Below the pieces are notes generated by a model. The model was given only the letters and a program-made list of their open reading frames with translations, ran no database searches and was not told the DNA's origin. Shown piece after piece: positions 62,039 through 64,000 of a stretch of DNA of 64,000 nt. The position numbers and the translations under genes were made by a program. How positions within the stretch are numbered: position 1 is the stretch's first letter; every line of letters starts with the position of its first letter. The stretch is from NCBI GenBank assembly GCA_002269645.1, contig NIVC01000041.1, positions 372,001 through 436,000 of the forward strand. Direction: 5' to 3'. The DNA is from Macrostomum lignano (lineage: Eukaryota).

Positions 62039-62411
62039 AGTTGAATTCCGTACAATATTATTCATTCTCGTAACACGCGCCGATAAACAGTTAAAACAGC
62101 GCACTTCCTGTCCGACCTGCATGCAATTCGAGCGAGGTAAATTAGCATTAGCTAATCATTATTCTCATGCTGACTGACAAGTGTTTTTGTTTAAGTCACA
62201 TGACTCTCCAGGGTCCAAGCAGTGCAGGTACACCACAGCCATTTTTACGCCTGCAAAATTTACTAACGAGCAAAATTTGACCCACATTTTCCAAGTTCGA
62301 GTGCACTTTTACTTTTTAGGTCACACCGATTCGAGCTGAGACTCAGAGAGGCTTAGTTATGCAGGGAGACTGCGACTGGGGCTGGGCGCCACCCTCGCAG
62401 TTTAGTGGCGC

Positions 62412-62632
62412 TGGCGCCCAACCTCAAATGAGCTGAAATGGCGCCCAACCTCAAATGAGCTGAAATGGCACCCAACCTCAAATGAGCTGAAATGGCGCCA
62501 CATCAAATGAGCTGAAATGGCGCCACATCAAATGAGCTGAAATGGCGCCCAACCTCAAATGAGCTGAAATGGCGCCCAACCTCAAATGAGCTGAAATGGC
62601 GCCCAACCTCAAATGAGCTGAAATGGCGCCCA
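62412..62632. repeat. 27-bp minisatellite (GGCGCCCAACCTCAAATGAGCTGAAAT), about 8 units
   Basis: Direct reading. Confidence 0.95.
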
Positions 62633-63629
62633 ACCAAGAAAAGAAAAGAATGCACTAAGAAATGAATGAAACTGAAATCACTTTACAAGCTAATTATTTA
62701 TCAAGGCAAATATTATAACCAACGATTTATAAACTACAAAACATTTTGGCATATTTATTACATACAAAAGAATATAATTACACATAATTTCAGAGAGTCA
62801 CAAACGATAACGAACGAAAAAATGAAAAAAACAATGAATTATATTCGACATGAAGATGGAGCATAAGCATATTTGTTTAACGAAATTGTTGCAAGTTGCA
62901 ATATGAGCAGGAACAGGAATTTATTACTACTATAGCTCGCACTAATAATTACAATTTACACCAAAACAAAAATAGCTAAAAGTACACTATAACTAAACCA
63001 AAGCGATGAAGCTTATCACAGATACAAACTTTTCCGAATGACTCGTAATTTTTCTACGAACATTAGGGGCCTAGGGCAGGTGAGAAGAGACACTGAGTCA
63101 GCCCCGCAGCTGACTTTGTTTAAATCCTTTGCCCGCAAGCACAAGATGGGGCGCGCGTGGGGGGAAGAGACACGCGATGACGTCACCCAGCCGAACTCCC
63201 TCGGGGCGAGCAAACAAAGAATTGCATAAAGGCCAAGGGCGGCTATTGGGAAGCGGGGAATATCGAGTGGGGGTGCTATTGGAGATATAGAGGCCGGGGC
63301 CCTCCTTTGTAAGGGTTAAGAGGGGGATGAAGCATATAGCAGGCTGCGGGAGGGGGTGACTCATCACCCAGGTCTTATTCTCACCACAGATCGGTATCAT
63401 ATTTAGCAGATTTTAACAATATGCTAGTTTCATAGACTTGAGTCATATGTATAATTATAAGACCTAGATTTTTAGCTAGCATAATAACTGATAAACCGCA
63501 GGAAATTTTCAGTTCAGTTGGAGTTTTTGCTCTTCGTCGTGTTAGCCAGTTGCTGGGACGCCTGCAGACGGACTCGTTTCTTAATGGGAAACATATCTGA
63601 AATTGGGAAAAAGTTTAAGGAAATTGAAC

Positions 63630-64000
63630 TCGGGGAATTGGGGATTTGATCTGAGAGGGGGAATTAGGGATCTGAGAGGAGGGAATTGGGGATCTGAGAG
63701 GGGGAATTGGGGATCTGAGAGAGGGAATTGGGGATCTGAGAGGGGGATTGGGGATCTGAGAGGTGGAATTGGGATCTCAGAGGGGAATTAGGATCTGAGA
63801 GGGAGAATTGGGGATCTGAGAGGGAGAATTGGGGATCTGAGAGGGAGAATTGGTGATCTGAGAGGGGGAATTGGGGATCTGAGAGGGGGAATTGGGGATC
63901 TGAGAGGTGGAATTGGGGATCTGAGAGGTGGAATTGGGATCTGAGAGGTGGAATTGGGATCTGAGAGGGGGAATTGGGGATCTGAGAGGTGGAATTGGGG
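63630..64000. repeat. G-rich 21-22-bp minisatellite (GATCTGAGAGGGGGAATTGGG), continues past the window end
   Basis: Direct reading. Confidence 0.95.

Overview
Animal (invertebrate) nuclear genomic DNA with spliceosomal introns; the GC-rich poly-Ala/poly-Gln exons and extreme minisatellite load resemble a Macrostomum-type flatworm (inference only). Four protein-coding genes can be reconstructed by hand. (1) The 5' exon of a secreted Cys-rich, Ig-like protein (minus strand, 400 to the window edge; absent from the ORF track). (2) A two-exon 397-aa class A peptide-type GPCR (minus, 9883-7323) with DRY replaced by QHG and NPxxY by NPIFL. (3) A PDZRN3/4-Slip1 family two-PDZ scaffold (plus, at least five exons, about 41172-56269) with no visible RING domain or ATG. 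(4) CFAP119/CCDC189 (plus, 59576-61330) with a candidate RFX X-box. Mobile DNA includes a rearranged Penelope-like retroelement with a hammerhead ribozyme and a nested RTE-type LINE, sitting inside a CTTCAG(G/A) array, plus a tRNA-derived SINE and two small hAT-like MITEs. More than 20 tandem arrays are present, dominated by a 17.5-kb array of a 30-bp unit (10428-27955). Most long ORFs in the track are by-products of these repeats. The most intriguing, still speculative, signal is that the 17.5-kb array has gene-like punctuation on the minus strand: ATG, 59-nt GT-AG intron, in-frame entry, a synonymous variant, and a stop created in the last unit. It could therefore be a giant (S/G)DGNGSRRSV-repeat exon whose frameshifts are assembly artefacts.
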